64,000 nt of DNA, taken from contig OX597833.1 of NCBI GenBank assembly GCA_951406725.2, positions 44,826,001 through 44,890,000 of the forward strand. Direction: 5' to 3'. This document shows, piece by piece, positions 37,836 to 51,215 of this stretch. Origin of the DNA: Octopus vulgaris (Eukaryota). A model generated the notes under the pieces. It searched no databases. It saw nothing but the letters and a program-made list of their open reading frames with translations, and was not told where the DNA came from. How positions within the stretch are numbered: position 1 is the stretch's first letter; each line of letters opens with the position of its first letter. Position numbers and translations under genes: made by a program.

Positions 37836-39221
37836 CAGTGCCCCAGCGTGGCTGCAATCTAATGACTGAAACAAGTAGGAGATATCACACACATGAAATG
37901 CAAACATATAAGGAGTTACATTATCCATAGAAAACACTAGAGAAAGCAAAATGGTGTGCAAACAGAACACTCAAAGATGTCACATTTGAGTGCTCTATTT
38001 GGCCAACAAAGAGAAATAACAATTGTCTTCAAGCAAGACATTAAATCTATCATAGATTATTCTAGTCTAGTGTCTTCTACCCCACTACAATCACCTCATT
38101 CTGCACCATCACAGGTTTTATGCAGCCACTTACATGTCAAAACAAAAATAATTAAGTTGAAAGACCACCAGGAAAATGCAAGATGTTTGATTTATTACTG
38201 TGCTAAGTTTGAAACATCGTGGACCCTGCCTCTATATGAAAGATTACATTCAGGCATAGATACAATAACACAAAACACTATTACAATGATATCCTTGCTG
38301 AACTCTGACAAGCTTAAGCCAGGAAATAGCAACGAGGAAAATTACTGATTCACTGGATTTCTGGAGGCAAAAGTGACAAAGGTGCATCTGTACTCCTTGA
38401 TCAGTGTAGCAAGTAGCCATTTTAGCCATTTTGAAATAAGGTGAGAATTGGTAGCAATTGGCAATATGACGTAATGTCGTATTGCTGAAGAAATATTATT
38501 GTCGTTTTTCCATTGGTTAATATAACTGCTCATATAGAGATTATAAAAGTTACTTAAAGAATATGTATATATATATATATAGGTGCAGGAGTGGCTGTGT
38601 GGTAAGTAGCTTGCTTACCAACCACATGGTTCCAGGTTCAGTTCCACTGCATGGCACCTAGGACGAGTGTCTTCTACTATAGCCTCAGGCCGACCAAAGC
38701 TTTGTGAGTGGATTTGGTAGACGGAAACTGAAAGAAGCCCGTCGTATATATGTATATGTATATATATATATGTGTCTGTGTTTGTCCCCGCAACATCACT
38801 TGACAACCGATGCTGGTGTGTTTACGTCCCCGTAACTTAGCGTTTCGGCAAAAGAGACCGATAGGTTAAGTACTAGGCTTACAAAGAATAAGTCCTGGGG
38901 TCAATTTGCTCAACTAAAGGCAGTGCTCCAGCATGGCCACAGTCACATGACTGAAACAAGTAAAAGAGGAAGAGTATGTGATTTCGATTCTTTAAAGTCA
39001 AGTTGAGCAGTTATAAAAAACCCTGGATTTTTGGAAAAACTTTAGTGTTTGTTGGATGTAACTGAACTCCATGACACTCACTCCTTTGAGACATTGGTGA
39101 TTTTCATGCCAAGTCCAAAGGAAAGTCGACAAGTCTATTTTGAACTGTTGGTTCATTTATTAGTTAGCTTTATGAATTAGCTAGTGAAATATATAGTCAT
39201 ACTTCTACACGACGAAAATTA

Positions 39222-39690
39222 TAATAATAATAATGAAATTATTGTATACAGTGCTCAGGTGCACCACAACTTGTCAGAAAGTGCATATAAAGTACATGCA
39301 GTAATGTACAAATGTCTGGAAAGCGAACAATGCATGAGTCAGATACATGCTTGTGTGTGTATGGAGGAGAGAAAATCAGGTGTAGTGTTGGCGAATCTCA
39401 GGAAGCATGGAAGTCTTGAAGGATGCAATGCTCCGACAACTAAAAACCGATGCCGGCAGTTTGTTCCACGCTTCAGCAACTCTCAGCGTGAAAAAATGTT
39501 TCCTGAAGTCATGGGAGCTGTGCTGTTTCCTTACTTTGTAAATATGTCCACGGGTGTTAGATGGGTGGAGTTTGAAAAGGTGCTCAGAGTTATTGTTTGT
39601 GCGATGGTTGATAATTTTATGGGTGTCTGCCAGGTCAGCTGCCAGACGTCGGAGTTTCAATGTGTCCAGTCGGAGTTTCAATGTGTCCAT
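39222..39690 (-). mobile_element. CR1/L2-type LINE 3' end with short (ATT)n tail
   Basis: LKLRRLAADL...NTRGHIYK...RKHFFTLRVAEAWNKLP. Confidence 0.87.
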
Positions 39691-39786
39691 GTGTTCCTTT
39701 CACATGTACATAATATAAAATGTTATATTTATATAATAAAACTGTGTATGAATATGCATTTCTGTTATCATTAAATTATATTTTCT

Positions 39787-40039
39787 GTCGGTGGCACATA
39801 AAAAACACCATCCGAGCGTGGCCGTCTGCCAGCCTCGTCTGGCACCTGTGTCGGTGGCACATAAAATCACCCACTACACTCTCGGAGTGGTTGGCGTTAG
39901 GAAGGGCATCCAGCTGTAGAAACACTGCCACATCTGACTGGCCTGGTGTAGCCTTCGGGCTTCCCAGACCCCAGTTGAACCGTCCAACCCATGCTAGCAT
40001 GGAAAGCGGACGTTAAACGATGATGATGATGATGATGAT
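39787..40039 (+). mobile_element. Abundant (GAT)n-tailed retroposon matching the 3'UTR of the RTE family. Others: ~1200-1443+, 2288-2935-, 3740-3995+, 6128-6316+, 6322-6582-, 19890-20230-, 20560-20790-, 23808-24023+, 25920-26419+, 27165-27581+, 40349-40718-, 40770-41085+, 45208-45505-, 49480-49838+
   Basis: Shared cacccactacactctcggagtggttggcgttaggaagggcatccagc...ggacgttaaacgatgatg with variable 5' ends; colinear with the 3' end of the 34190-37309 LINE. Confidence 0.85.
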
Positions 40040-42056
40040 ATAGCGGTTAAATGAACACGAAGATAATATTATACATACATGACGCTAATATTCTTAGCGT
40101 TCCATAAGTATATCAGTAAAAAATATTTGCATTGAAAAATTCATTTCAATGAACATATTTTTTTAATGTTATCATTATCATAATTTAATGTCCATGTTCC
40201 ATGCTGGCATGACTTGGACTCTTTATATAAAGTGCAGATATGGCCATGTGGGAAGAAGTTTTCTTCCCAATCACATGGTTCCAGGTTCAGTCCCACTGCA
40301 TGGCACCTTGGGCAAGTGTCTTCTACTATAACCTTGGGCCAAGGCTTTCATCATCATCATCATCGTTTAACGTCCGTTTTCCGTGCTAGCATGGGTTGGA
40401 TGGTTCGACCGGGGTCTGGGAAGCCAGGGGCTGCACCAGGCTCCTGTCTGATCTGGCAGTGTTTCTACAGCTGGATGCCCTTCCTAACGCCAACCACTCC
40501 TCGAGTGTAGTGGGTGCTTTTTACGTGCCACCAGCACAAGTGCCAGAGGAGTCTGGCAGCGGCCACGATCAGTTGGTGCTTTTAACGTGCCACCGGCACG
40601 GAAGCCAGACAAGGCGGCGCTGGCATCGGCCAGGTTCGGATGGTGCTTTTTATGTGCCACCGGCACAGAAGCCAGTCGAGGCGGCGCTGGCATCGGCCAC
40701 GTTTGGATGGTGCTTTTTTAAAAAATGGGAACTGAAATAATCTCATATATGTATATATAGGCCTCCATGCCAGTGCCACGTAAAAGGCACCATTCAAGCA
40801 TGATCGTTACCAGCATCGCCTTACTGGCACCTGTGCCAGTGGCATGTGTAAAAGATTCGAGCGAGGTCGTTGCCAGTACTGCCTGACTAGCCCTGTGCCG
40901 GTGGCACGTAAAAGCACCCACTACACTCTCGGAGTGGTTGGCGTTAGGAAGGGCATCCAGCTGTAGAAACACTGCCAGATCAAGATTGAAGCCCGGTGCA
41001 GCCATCTGGTTCGCCAGCCTTCAGTCAATCGTCCAACCCATGCTAGCATGTAAAGCGGACGTAAAACGATGATGATGATGATGATATGTATGTCTCTTTG
41101 TCTTCTCTATCATCACTTAACAACCGGTGTTAGTATGTTTAGATCCCCATAACTTAGCAGTTCGGCAAAAAAGACTGATAGAATAAGTACTAGGATTACA
41201 AAAATTAGTACTGGGGTCGATTCATTTGACTAAAAAGTTCTTCAAGGTGGTGCCCCAGCATGGCCACAATCTGACTGAAACAGATAAGAGATAAAATGAC
41301 TGATAATTTTTTTCAAATAAAATGTGACAAAAATTTGGTAAACACATGCTTCTGTATTAAATTGCAACTATAGACAAGATAAGAATTTTAAAAAATTTAT
41401 TGAAAAAAGAACCTTGCTTTTGGTAAAAATATGTATTTTTCAAAATCTCAATATTTGGTGTTTTGCATTTTTTTAAGATCACAAAAAAAAAAAAAGTTTT
41501 ATTCCATTAATTCTAAGATTGAATTTTGCAAAGGTTAATTTTCATTTCTAATTTTATTCTTTAATTAAATGGTCCAGTTTCAGTGTTTTCTTACATTATA
41601 ATATTTATATATATATATATATATATATTACATTGAAACTACCTACAGAATACGGGAACCCAAATGTAATTACCTCCATTGATCTAACAGACATAATGCA
41701 TCATTGAGGAAGTCTAATAATTCTAAGATATGCAACAGAGTTGTCAAGAAGGATTATACATTATTTGTTTACAAATTTTATCAACTCTTGTGGCAACCAT
41801 TATTTTTTGAGTTGTCGCCCTTACCATTGTTCAACATTTACTTTTTCCTTCATACAGACATAACGTCCATTAATTCAAATTAGTTTGAAGTTAACCAACA
41901 TTAAATATTTTAACACTTGCTCCGTCATTACTTAATATTAGATAAATGAAATTTATGTAATGTTTTTAATAAAATCTAAGAATTTACAGTAAAACTAACA
42001 GGAAAAATGAAAATTATTTTTAAATCTCACAACATGAGATATTCAGCAACAGTACT

Positions 42057-42163
42057 TTGTAGTAAAGATTGTTTGCCAACATAACATGGCAGTCCTGGTT
42101 TACAGCAATATTCGTCCTAAACCAGGACTGTCATGTTATGTTGGCAAATAATTTTTACTACAA
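42057..42163. repeat. Hairpin with ~46-bp arms
   Basis: ttgtagtaaagattgtttgccaacataacatggcagtcctggttta / taaaccaggactgtcatgttatgttggcaaataatttttactacaa. Confidence 0.85.
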
Positions 42164-42290
42164 TGAAAAAAAGAATCCTTAATTATAAACCATCGAGTCC
42201 TGTGACTTATTGGACAGCTGCAGCACAGCTTGAAAGCCACAAGGTCACTTAATATATCCTTTCAAGAACACATTCATCTCACAGTTACAT

Positions 42291-42506
42291 TTAACCCATT
42301 AGCACATAAACCGGCCACGTCAGGCCCAAATATTCTCCATTTTATGTTCAAATTGACCTTTCACACCTGCCCTAAAATATTAGTCTAAAAATAGACAATC
42401 ACATCCTCAAAATCTCAAAGCTATGAGATAATCTGTGATAAATTCAAAACAGTGTAAATAAATAGGCATTACACTTGATAGAATATTCTGAATGCTAAAG
42501 GGTTAA
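42291..42506. mobile_element. piggyBac-type MITE
   Basis: TTAA|CCCattagca...tgctaaaGGG|TTAA. Related copies at ~2097-2973 (with nested retroposon) and ~26800-27011. Confidence 0.75.
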
Positions 42507-44573
42507 GGAAGACATTATTTCATGCAAGCCAACGAAAATTTGCCAGTTATACCTCCCTATACTCATAACTACATCTTACATTAATCTGTACTTACATGAT
42601 ATCTAATTTAGATTGACCCAAAAATAGACAGTTGTGGCAACTGAACTGTAGGTGTTACAACATAACACTGAATCAACCAAGTCTCTGCTACTATCTAACT
42701 CCTAACTTGATAATACCATAGTGGAATGTTGTTCACTGCCTGAATGAAATGATGACAGAACATACACAATACACTTTTTCTAAATTCTAAAACAAACACT
42801 ACTTAAACATATTCTCTTTCAGGCAATTTTGTTCATGATAAATATTTACAACAGAGCTGAAGTATAATTAATGAGGAAGCAAATTATATCATGTGAGTGT
42901 GTTAGAAAACTAGACTATTTTATTCATACTATGGTTTCACAAAGGTATCAAAGTGGATATGTATCTTGCACATAAAATCATAAACATACATATGTCTGTA
43001 TAAATGTCATGTAATACACACAAATGTATGTACATGTGAAGGCACATGACTTAGTAGTTAGGGCATTCAGCTCATGATATTTGGTAGCGTGTAGTGTTCT
43101 TGAGCAAGACACTTTATTTAACATTGCTCCAATCCACTCACCTGGCAAAAATGAGTTTTTGTACCTGTAATCTAAGGGCCAACCTTGTCACAGTCTGTAT
43201 CACGCTGGATCTCCCTGAGAACTACATTAAGGAAATGAGTGCCTGTGGAATACTCAACCACTTGCACAGTAATTTCATGAGCAGGTTCTTCCATTGATTG
43301 GATCAACTGAAATACTCGTCATAACCAACAGAGTGCCAGTTATGTATGTATGTTTATAATATAATTCTAGCTGATATTTAAACAAAACAAGTGATTTGTA
43401 ATTAGTAGCACCAAACTAACAGCAGACAAGGTCATGTCTTTCACATGCAAACATTTCTTTATCAAATCTACTGCATTTAAAACTATGAGTAAAATGCAAA
43501 ACGAAGCAACGTTTATCTCATAGAATATCAAGACATAGTTTCTGAACATTATTTGATAGACACCACATGCAGCTGCTGTCTCCTATAACAATAATTAAAA
43601 ATATAACTTCAGTACCTAAAATTATAAAAACCCTAAGATCTGAAATACTTGGAGTAACTTAACCTCAGAACAAGGATTTTTTTTTTTTCTGACACAAAGA
43701 AAGATCACTTTGTTTTACATAATGGAGTAAGTTTTGAAACTAAAGATATAACTTGGGAACTTAAAAAGCTTATTCTATATTAGCTGTAGCCAGCATTAGC
43801 CTTTATAAAGATGTGAATTCTACTTAGTATTAAATTTATTAGATCTTATAGCATCCAAATTATTCCATTATTTTTCAATTGCATCAAAATTCATCCGGAA
43901 TAATGCTTTATAGACCTTCTTGCCAAAATTACTCAAGCAGAGTGACTTCTGGTCGCTTTATTGGCCAATACAAATTTTATTTGTCTTTATTGTTTTAACT
44001 ATTTTGGCAAGCTGGCATGAAACATCTCAATAAAATTTTCACTACTAATGGAGAATTCTGAGCTGATTTGGTCGATGTTTTTTCATGAAATATTGAAATA
44101 TTCAGTTTCATCGGTTACCAAAATGCTCTCACATCATTAAGTACACTCTGCATTATACAATTGGTTTAACCATCAAGGCACATTTAAATTTTGCTGTCAA
44201 GTAAAAAGTTACAAACTTACAAATCTACCTATGCTATTGCATTCCTTAGAGCATTATTTTTCAAAACTATTGACATTATCTAATATAAAAACTACTAAAT
44301 CTTTAAAAAAATGTCTTAGCTTCATAACTTTACCAACACTGCACACACATTCTGGAGTATTTTTAAAATGTAACTTCGGTAACATGATGTATTTGTGCTT
44401 TAGATAAAATCAATTGTCAGTTGACTGAATACTGTGAACCATCATCTGATAGTTACTTTTTCAATTAAACTCACAACACTGAAATTTGCGAAACTATATT
44501 TCTGGAATATGTCAGTAAATACATACTCACATACTCTGCTACAAATATTCTTTATACACTTTGAATACCATTC

Positions 44574-44637
<64 letters not shown>

Positions 44638-44776
44638 TTCCTATATCTTTTTTTTACTTTTTAACTAGTATGTTGTTACTTCATTAATTTTAACATTTTT
44701 ATATTTATATTTTCAGATTTTTTTCCACTTGAGATGATAACATCTATTATTGTGATATAGAAATATCAAGCAATCT

Positions 44777-44893
44777 TTATAGGTCTTTACTTTCAGTAGT
44801 TACAGATTCAGGTTCTTGTGAGAGATACCAAAACAGAAATAGGTACACAGCAGCAATTATTACTAGGATTGAGAACACAACTAGTATCACATC
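44777..44893 (-). CDS. TRIQK: TRIQK terminal coding exon (single transmembrane helix plus short acidic tail)
   Basis: ttgcag|DVILVVFSILVIIAAVYLFLFWYLSQEPESVTTESKDL*; total protein 88 aa. Confidence 0.9.
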   Translation of the reverse strand, partial: DVILVVFSILVIIAAVYLFLFWYLSQEPESVTTESKDL

Positions 44894-45626
44894 CTGCAAT
44901 GAAAAAACAAAAAGAAAAATCAAAAGGAGAGCATAGAGTATTTAGTCATAAAATCATATTAAGTGAAAGACATTTTAAACAACTTTAGTTACAGGGAGGT
45001 GTATATAATGTAGGGGACAGGCTTCTTTCAGTTTCCATCTACCAAATCCACTCACAAGGCTTTTGTTGGACTGAGACTAGAGTAAAAGACACTTGCTGAA
45101 GGTGCCACATAGTGGGACTCACCCTGGGACCATAGGGTTCAGAAGGAAGCTTCTTACCACATAGTTACACCTGTGCCTGGTTAAGGGATAAAAAGACATC
45201 ACCTTACATCATCATCATCATTTAACGTCTGCTTTCCATGCTAGCATGGGTTGGATGGTTCAACTGGGGTCTGGGAAGCCAGAAGGCTGGACCAGGCCCA
45301 GTCTGATCTGGCAATGTTTCTACGGCTGGATGCCCTTCCTAATGCCAACCACTCCATGAGTGTAGTGGGTGCTTTTTACATGCCAGACAAGGCTGGCAAA
45401 CAGCCACAAGTGGATGGTGCTTTTTACGTGCCACCAGCGCGGAGGCCAAGTGAGGCTGGCAACGGCCACGATCGGATGGTGCTTTTTACGTGCCACTGGC
45501 ACGGAGTAAAATACAATTAGTTTGACAAAATTATTTCTCTCATGTTCACTTGAAAATAAAAACGAAAAATAAACTCTACCATCACCTCATGAAAATAGAG
45601 AAACCAAACTGATAAAAATGTCTTAC

Positions 45627-45712
45627 CGTAATTGGCATTGAAGATTTCTTTAGGTCACTTTTCTTCTTTACTTCTTTGTTATCCTTTTTGGCTTTTTTAA
45701 AATTTTCTTTAC
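45627..45712 (-). CDS. TRIQK: TRIQK coding exon 2
   Basis: ttcctcag|(G)KENFKKAKKDNKEVKKKSDLKKSSMPIT|gtaaga; Lys-rich segment as in human GKQDYKKTK...KAEAKKTAIGIK. Confidence 0.9.
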
Positions 45713-46989
45713 CTGAGGAAAATTGACAGAAAAGAGATATCATATTGTTATTTCCCAACTTCTTCATACAATTCTTAAGTCTTTCATTATTTCACTGGTT
45801 TCAGGTAGTGAGCAGGGACACGTTAGCAAGGTGGACAATATGCTTAACGCCTTTTCATCTGTTTTTATGTTTCAAGTTCAAATTCCGTCAAGGCCGACTT
45901 TACCTTCCATCTTTTTGTAGGGGTCAATGAAGTACCAGTTGATCACAGGCATCGATATAATCGACTTAAACCCACCCCTGAAATTGTTGGCCTTGCGCAA
46001 AAAAATTGAAGCCATTAATCCAGTGGTTTGGAGGCAACAATACTTGTGTGACATTACTTTTAAAAGTTTACATGATAATATTAACCCTCAGTACTTAGTT
46101 TAGTCTTATTTTATCATTCTTTATTGTCAAACGAGCAACTCATGCTAAATAATCAGATATCTGCTTTTAGACCAGTGTAAACATGAATGTAGACACACGC
46201 AAACACATCATCATCATCATCATGATAATTATCATCATTTAACATCCATATTCCATGTTGACATGGGTTGGATAATTCGACAGGATCTAATTAGCCAGAG
46301 TAGTGAATTCTGCTCCAAGGTTGGCTTTGACAAAGCTTCTATGTCTGATACCCTACCTAACACCAACCACTTTACAGAGGGGACTGGATGCTTTTTATAT
46401 GGCACCAGCACCAGTGAGGTGACCAAGTAACTCACAAGACAAGACCCTGAGACAAAGTGAGAGTGCAGTATTGATGGAGGTGGCTTCCAACAAGGTCAAC
46501 TTTGCCTTTCATCCTTTTGGGGTTGATAAAATTCATACCAGTTGTACACTGGAGTCAATGTAATCAACTTATCCCCTTCCCCAAACTGGTTGGCCTTGTA
46601 CCAAAATTAAGAAACAAAGTTAAGGTAGTGAACTGGCAGAATTGTTAGCACACCGGGCAAAATGCTTAGCAGCATTTTATTCATCTTTACGTTCTGAGTT
46701 CAAATTCTGTCAAGATCCACTTTGCCTTTCATCCTTTCAGGGACAATAGGATAAGTATCAGTCAAGCACTGGGGTTGATGTAATCAACTCATCCCCTTCA
46801 CCAAACTTGTTGGCTTGTGCCTAAATTTAAAACCAATATTACTTTGGGTTACAAGGCAGCAAGATGGTAGAATCATTAACATGCCAAGCAAAATGCTTAA
46901 CAGTATTTCATCCATCCTTAAATTCTGAGAGTTCAAAACAAAGAAACTAAAAGAACATGTTAGAAGAGGCTTTTGTGAATATTATTTAC

Positions 46990-47053
46990 CAATTTGTTTC
47001 CGGTGTTGTTCTCCAGCAGAAACGTGACTTGCCTGTGAATCTTTTTTCGCCAT
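46990..47053 (-). CDS. TRIQK: Triple QxxK/R motif-containing protein, coding exon 1 (exon begins at acceptor 47081)
   Basis: ttttgtag|...aaaacATG MAKKDSQASHVSAGEQHRKQI-G|gtaaat; cf. human MGRKDAATIKLPVDQYRKQIG. Confidence 0.9.
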
Positions 47054-47221
47054 GTTTTTAGCTACAAGAGCAATTTCCAATCTACAAAATACAAAATTCT
47101 GCAAGAAAAGATAAACAGTATGTAGAGTCTGACTTTTAAAATGGTAATCCATTCCTGTTATTATACCATGACATCCAAGCACGTTCAACACAAACTTTTA
47201 TCAATGCATTATACTTTTTGT

Positions 47222-48007
<786 letters not shown>

Positions 48008-48094
48008 AAATGGTGGTGCCCCAGCATGGCCACAGCTCAAGAGCTGAAACTGGAAAACATAAACATAAATATCATTATTACTGTTCTATATTTA

Positions 48095-48466
48095 AGAGAT
48101 GAGGAATTATGTACATTATTTACATTTGACAAATATTTGTCCTCATCTTGTTTGTTGTTAACACATTTCGGCTGATATACCCTCCAGCCTTCATCAGGTG
48201 TCTTGGGGAAATTTCAAACCTGGGTTCTCATATGGCATAGTGGTTAAGAGCATGGGCTACTAACCCCAAGATTCCAAGTTCGATTCCAAGCTGTGACCTG
48301 AACAATAACAATAATAATAATAACATGGAAAAATACCTTAGGAATGAGAACCCAGGTTCAAAATTTCCCCAAGACACCTGAAGAAGGCTGGAAGGTATAT
48401 CAGCCGAAACATTGTGTTAACAACAAACAAGATGAGGACAAATATCCGTTGTATGTAAATAATGTA
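48095..48466 (+). mobile_element. Fold-back element: inverted tail copy + tRNA-like head + (AAT)n + hammerhead-bearing tail
   Basis: Arms ~48112-48231 and ~48344-48466; A box tggcatagtgg 48233-48243; B box gttcgattcc 48278-48287. Confidence 0.75.
48374..48417 (+). ncRNA. Minimal type I hammerhead ribozyme motif (damaged antisense twin 48161-48201)
   Basis: acac-CTGAAGA-a-ggctg...cagcc-GAAAC-att-gtgt; the minus copy has CTGATGA but lacks the cleavage triplet. Confidence 0.65.
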
Positions 48467-48928
48467 TCATTATTACTATTACACTATAATCTGACTTTGA
48501 AACAGGTCTTAATAGCATTTTATAAACTAACAGCTAGTTCACCACATTAAGTGGGGTGAGGCAAATTAGTGTGGCAGCATTTTGTCCATCTTCACATTCT
48601 GTATTCAAATTCCACTGAAGTCAACTTTACCTTTCATCTTTTCAGGATAGATAAAAAAAGGTACCTGTTGAGCACAGGGGTTGGGGGTTTGACTTAGCCC
48701 TTCCCTTGAAATTTCTGGCCTTGTGCCAAAATTTGAAATCAAAGAAGATTTAAACAGAATCTAGAGAATTTGATTATTTCTGCAAGACTGCATTTTCTTA
48801 GTAATAGAATAAGTTCTGATGAATAAAAATATGTGATGCTCATATGTTTTTGTTTTTTTTTCAAAATATTTGCAGTCCCCTAGACTCACTGAGGAGATGA
48901 CAAGGGGCCAGAACTTGTGGCAATAAAA

Positions 48929-49476
48929 GGCAGTGAGCTGGCAGAAACGTTAGCACGCCGGGCGAAATGCTTAGCAATATTTCGTCTGTCGACTTCGCCT
49001 TCCATCCTTTTGGAGTCAATTAAATAAGTACCAGTTATGCACTGGGGTCGATATAATCGACTTAATCCGGTTGTCAGTCCTTGTTTGTCCTCTCCATGTT
49101 TAGCCCCTTGTAGGTAGTAAAGAAATAGGTATTTCATCTGCCGTTACGTTCTGAGTTCAAATTCCGCCAATGTCGACTTTGCCTTTCATCCTTTCGGGGT
49201 CGATTAAGTAAGTACCAGTTACGCACTGGGGGTTGATATAAACGACTTAATCCATTTGTTTGTCTTCTCTGTGTTTAGCCCCTTGTGGGTAGTAAAGAAA
49301 TAGGTATTTCGTCTGCCGTTACGTTCTGAGTTCAAATTCCGTCGAGGTCGACTTTGCCTTTCATTCTTTCGAGGTCGATAAATTAAGTACCAGTTATGCA
49401 CTGGGGTCGATGTAATTGACTTAATCCCTTTGTCTGTCCTCTATGTTTAGCCCCTTGTGGGCAATAAAGAAATAAG
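48929..49476 (+). mobile_element. SINE family A trimer with TSD agaactt(g/c)tggcaat
   Basis: Three head-to-tail ~175-bp units; direct repeat at ~48910-48924 and ~49475-49489. Confidence 0.85.
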
Positions 49477-51050
49477 AACTTCTGGCAATTTGCTGTTCTT
49501 GAGCAAACACGTCAAGCTAAGTAAAACTGCAGCCATCCAGACATACAGACATGTCTTTTATGGCCATGACCCCACTCCCTCTCCCAGCTGAGAAGTCTTT
49601 GTCCTGCAGTACCAGTGCCACGTAAAATGCACTTGTGCCAGTGCCACGTAAGATGCACCTGTGCCAGTGCTACATAAATACACCCATGCTAGCAGGATGT
49701 AAAATGCACCCTGCACACTTTGTACAGTGGTTGGCATTAGGAAGGGCATCCAGCCATAGAAAACATGCCAAAACAGACAACCCATGCCAGCATGGCAAAC
49801 GGACATTAAACAGTGATGAGAATGACGATGATGATGATCTGCAGCAAAAGCTAAGTGGATCGACATCAACTTGAAGGAGAAACCAGATTGTAGCATCTTT
49901 GTCTATTTTATGGGCAATATTTCCTCTAAGCTGAATGTGTACATATGTTTTGCAAATTAGTGCACACAGGAAAACAGAAAAAATGTGCAGTCACAAAGTT
50001 TGCAAGATGAAATCAAATTTTTTATTCGGTTATGGTTACTCATGTGGTGTGCACATATTTCGCAAAGAAAGACGAAATTTGCACACGAGCAAATTTTTGT
50101 GCACACTCAGCAAAGAGTTGCGTGCAAATTACATTATAATCTTACTTTGAAACAATAAAATAAGTATGCTTATTGGTTAATTTAGTCAACCAAATTTCTG
50201 ACCTTATACCTACGTTAGAAAAAAAAATCATTATGAAGATGTCTACAGAGTTATTGGTTGCAAAGAAATGAGAATAACTTGATGCAAGCATGGCTGTATA
50301 GTCGAAGAAATTAATTTTGCAATCAAATAGTTCCACTGTGCAATTTCTAAACTTTGGCAAACCAATCCTATGAGAGTAAATAAAAACTGTGCTGAAGCCT
50401 ACCACACACACACACACACACGTGTATGTGCATGCATGCTTGTATAAGTCAGTCAAAGAAACTTTAAGGTACATATTTCCTAAAAGGAGAGATATAAGCC
50501 ATCAGGTAAAATCAACCATTTGAGAAATAAATATAAACAAAATGAGAACCAGATTAAGTACTGAACTTGACATAGTAACTAAAACCCTTGGTACCTCACT
50601 ATATCCACCATGCAATGATTGAAACCTGTGAAATACAAAGTCAATTTTTGTATTGGAGGATTATAATTAATTGAACTGAGTGCATTATTGTACAGGTACT
50701 TATTTAATTTACCACTGGATTTATAAAAGGGAAAAATCTTCCCAGACAAGATTTGAACCCAGAATTTAAGAGAACAAAATTAAATGCATGACAAGGCATT
50801 TAGTTCGGTTTTTCATCGTTTTTATGAAGTCATCACATTCAGTTGGACAAAACTAAGTATACAATTAGAGATTTTTTAAAAGCTTTAGGAAGTTCATACC
50901 TTCAGAAATTACAGCAAAAATGAAAATAAAAAATTAAATTTCCACCTATTTTCTACAAACGTCTCATAAATTCAAATTCAGCTATTTTCTACAAACGTCT
51001 CATAAAACTGGCTTTGATAAATATATCTAAAAAGAAAATAGTAAACAAAC

Positions 51051-51215
51051 CTAGTATTGGATCGTTAACTCTTTTATGTCGTTTGTCGCTGTTAACTTTT
51101 TAAATCTCAGCTGGAGTAGCGAATCTCTCTGAATGTGGATAGTTATAACAGCTATTGGTACGTGGCTTTTCGCGATCCACCACTCATCTTTTGGAACCAA
51201 GAGCCACGTGTATCT
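51051..51215 (-). promoter_or_regulatory. Probable TRIQK promoter and non-coding exon 1
   Basis: Unique, locally CpG-richer sequence ending in minus-strand ctag|gtttgt donor at 51050. CCAAT (attgg 51154-51158) and CACGTG (51205-51210) are present. The ATG exon starts at an acceptor, so an upstream exon is required. Confidence 0.55.

Noticed and set aside
37956-38480. 130-aa ORF, possible transposase remnant
   Set aside because: No catalytic motif or terminal repeats recognised.
48232-48295. tRNA gene (Ser-like anticodon loop)
   Set aside because: Acceptor stem not recoverable and embedded in a repeat; treated as a SINE-type head.
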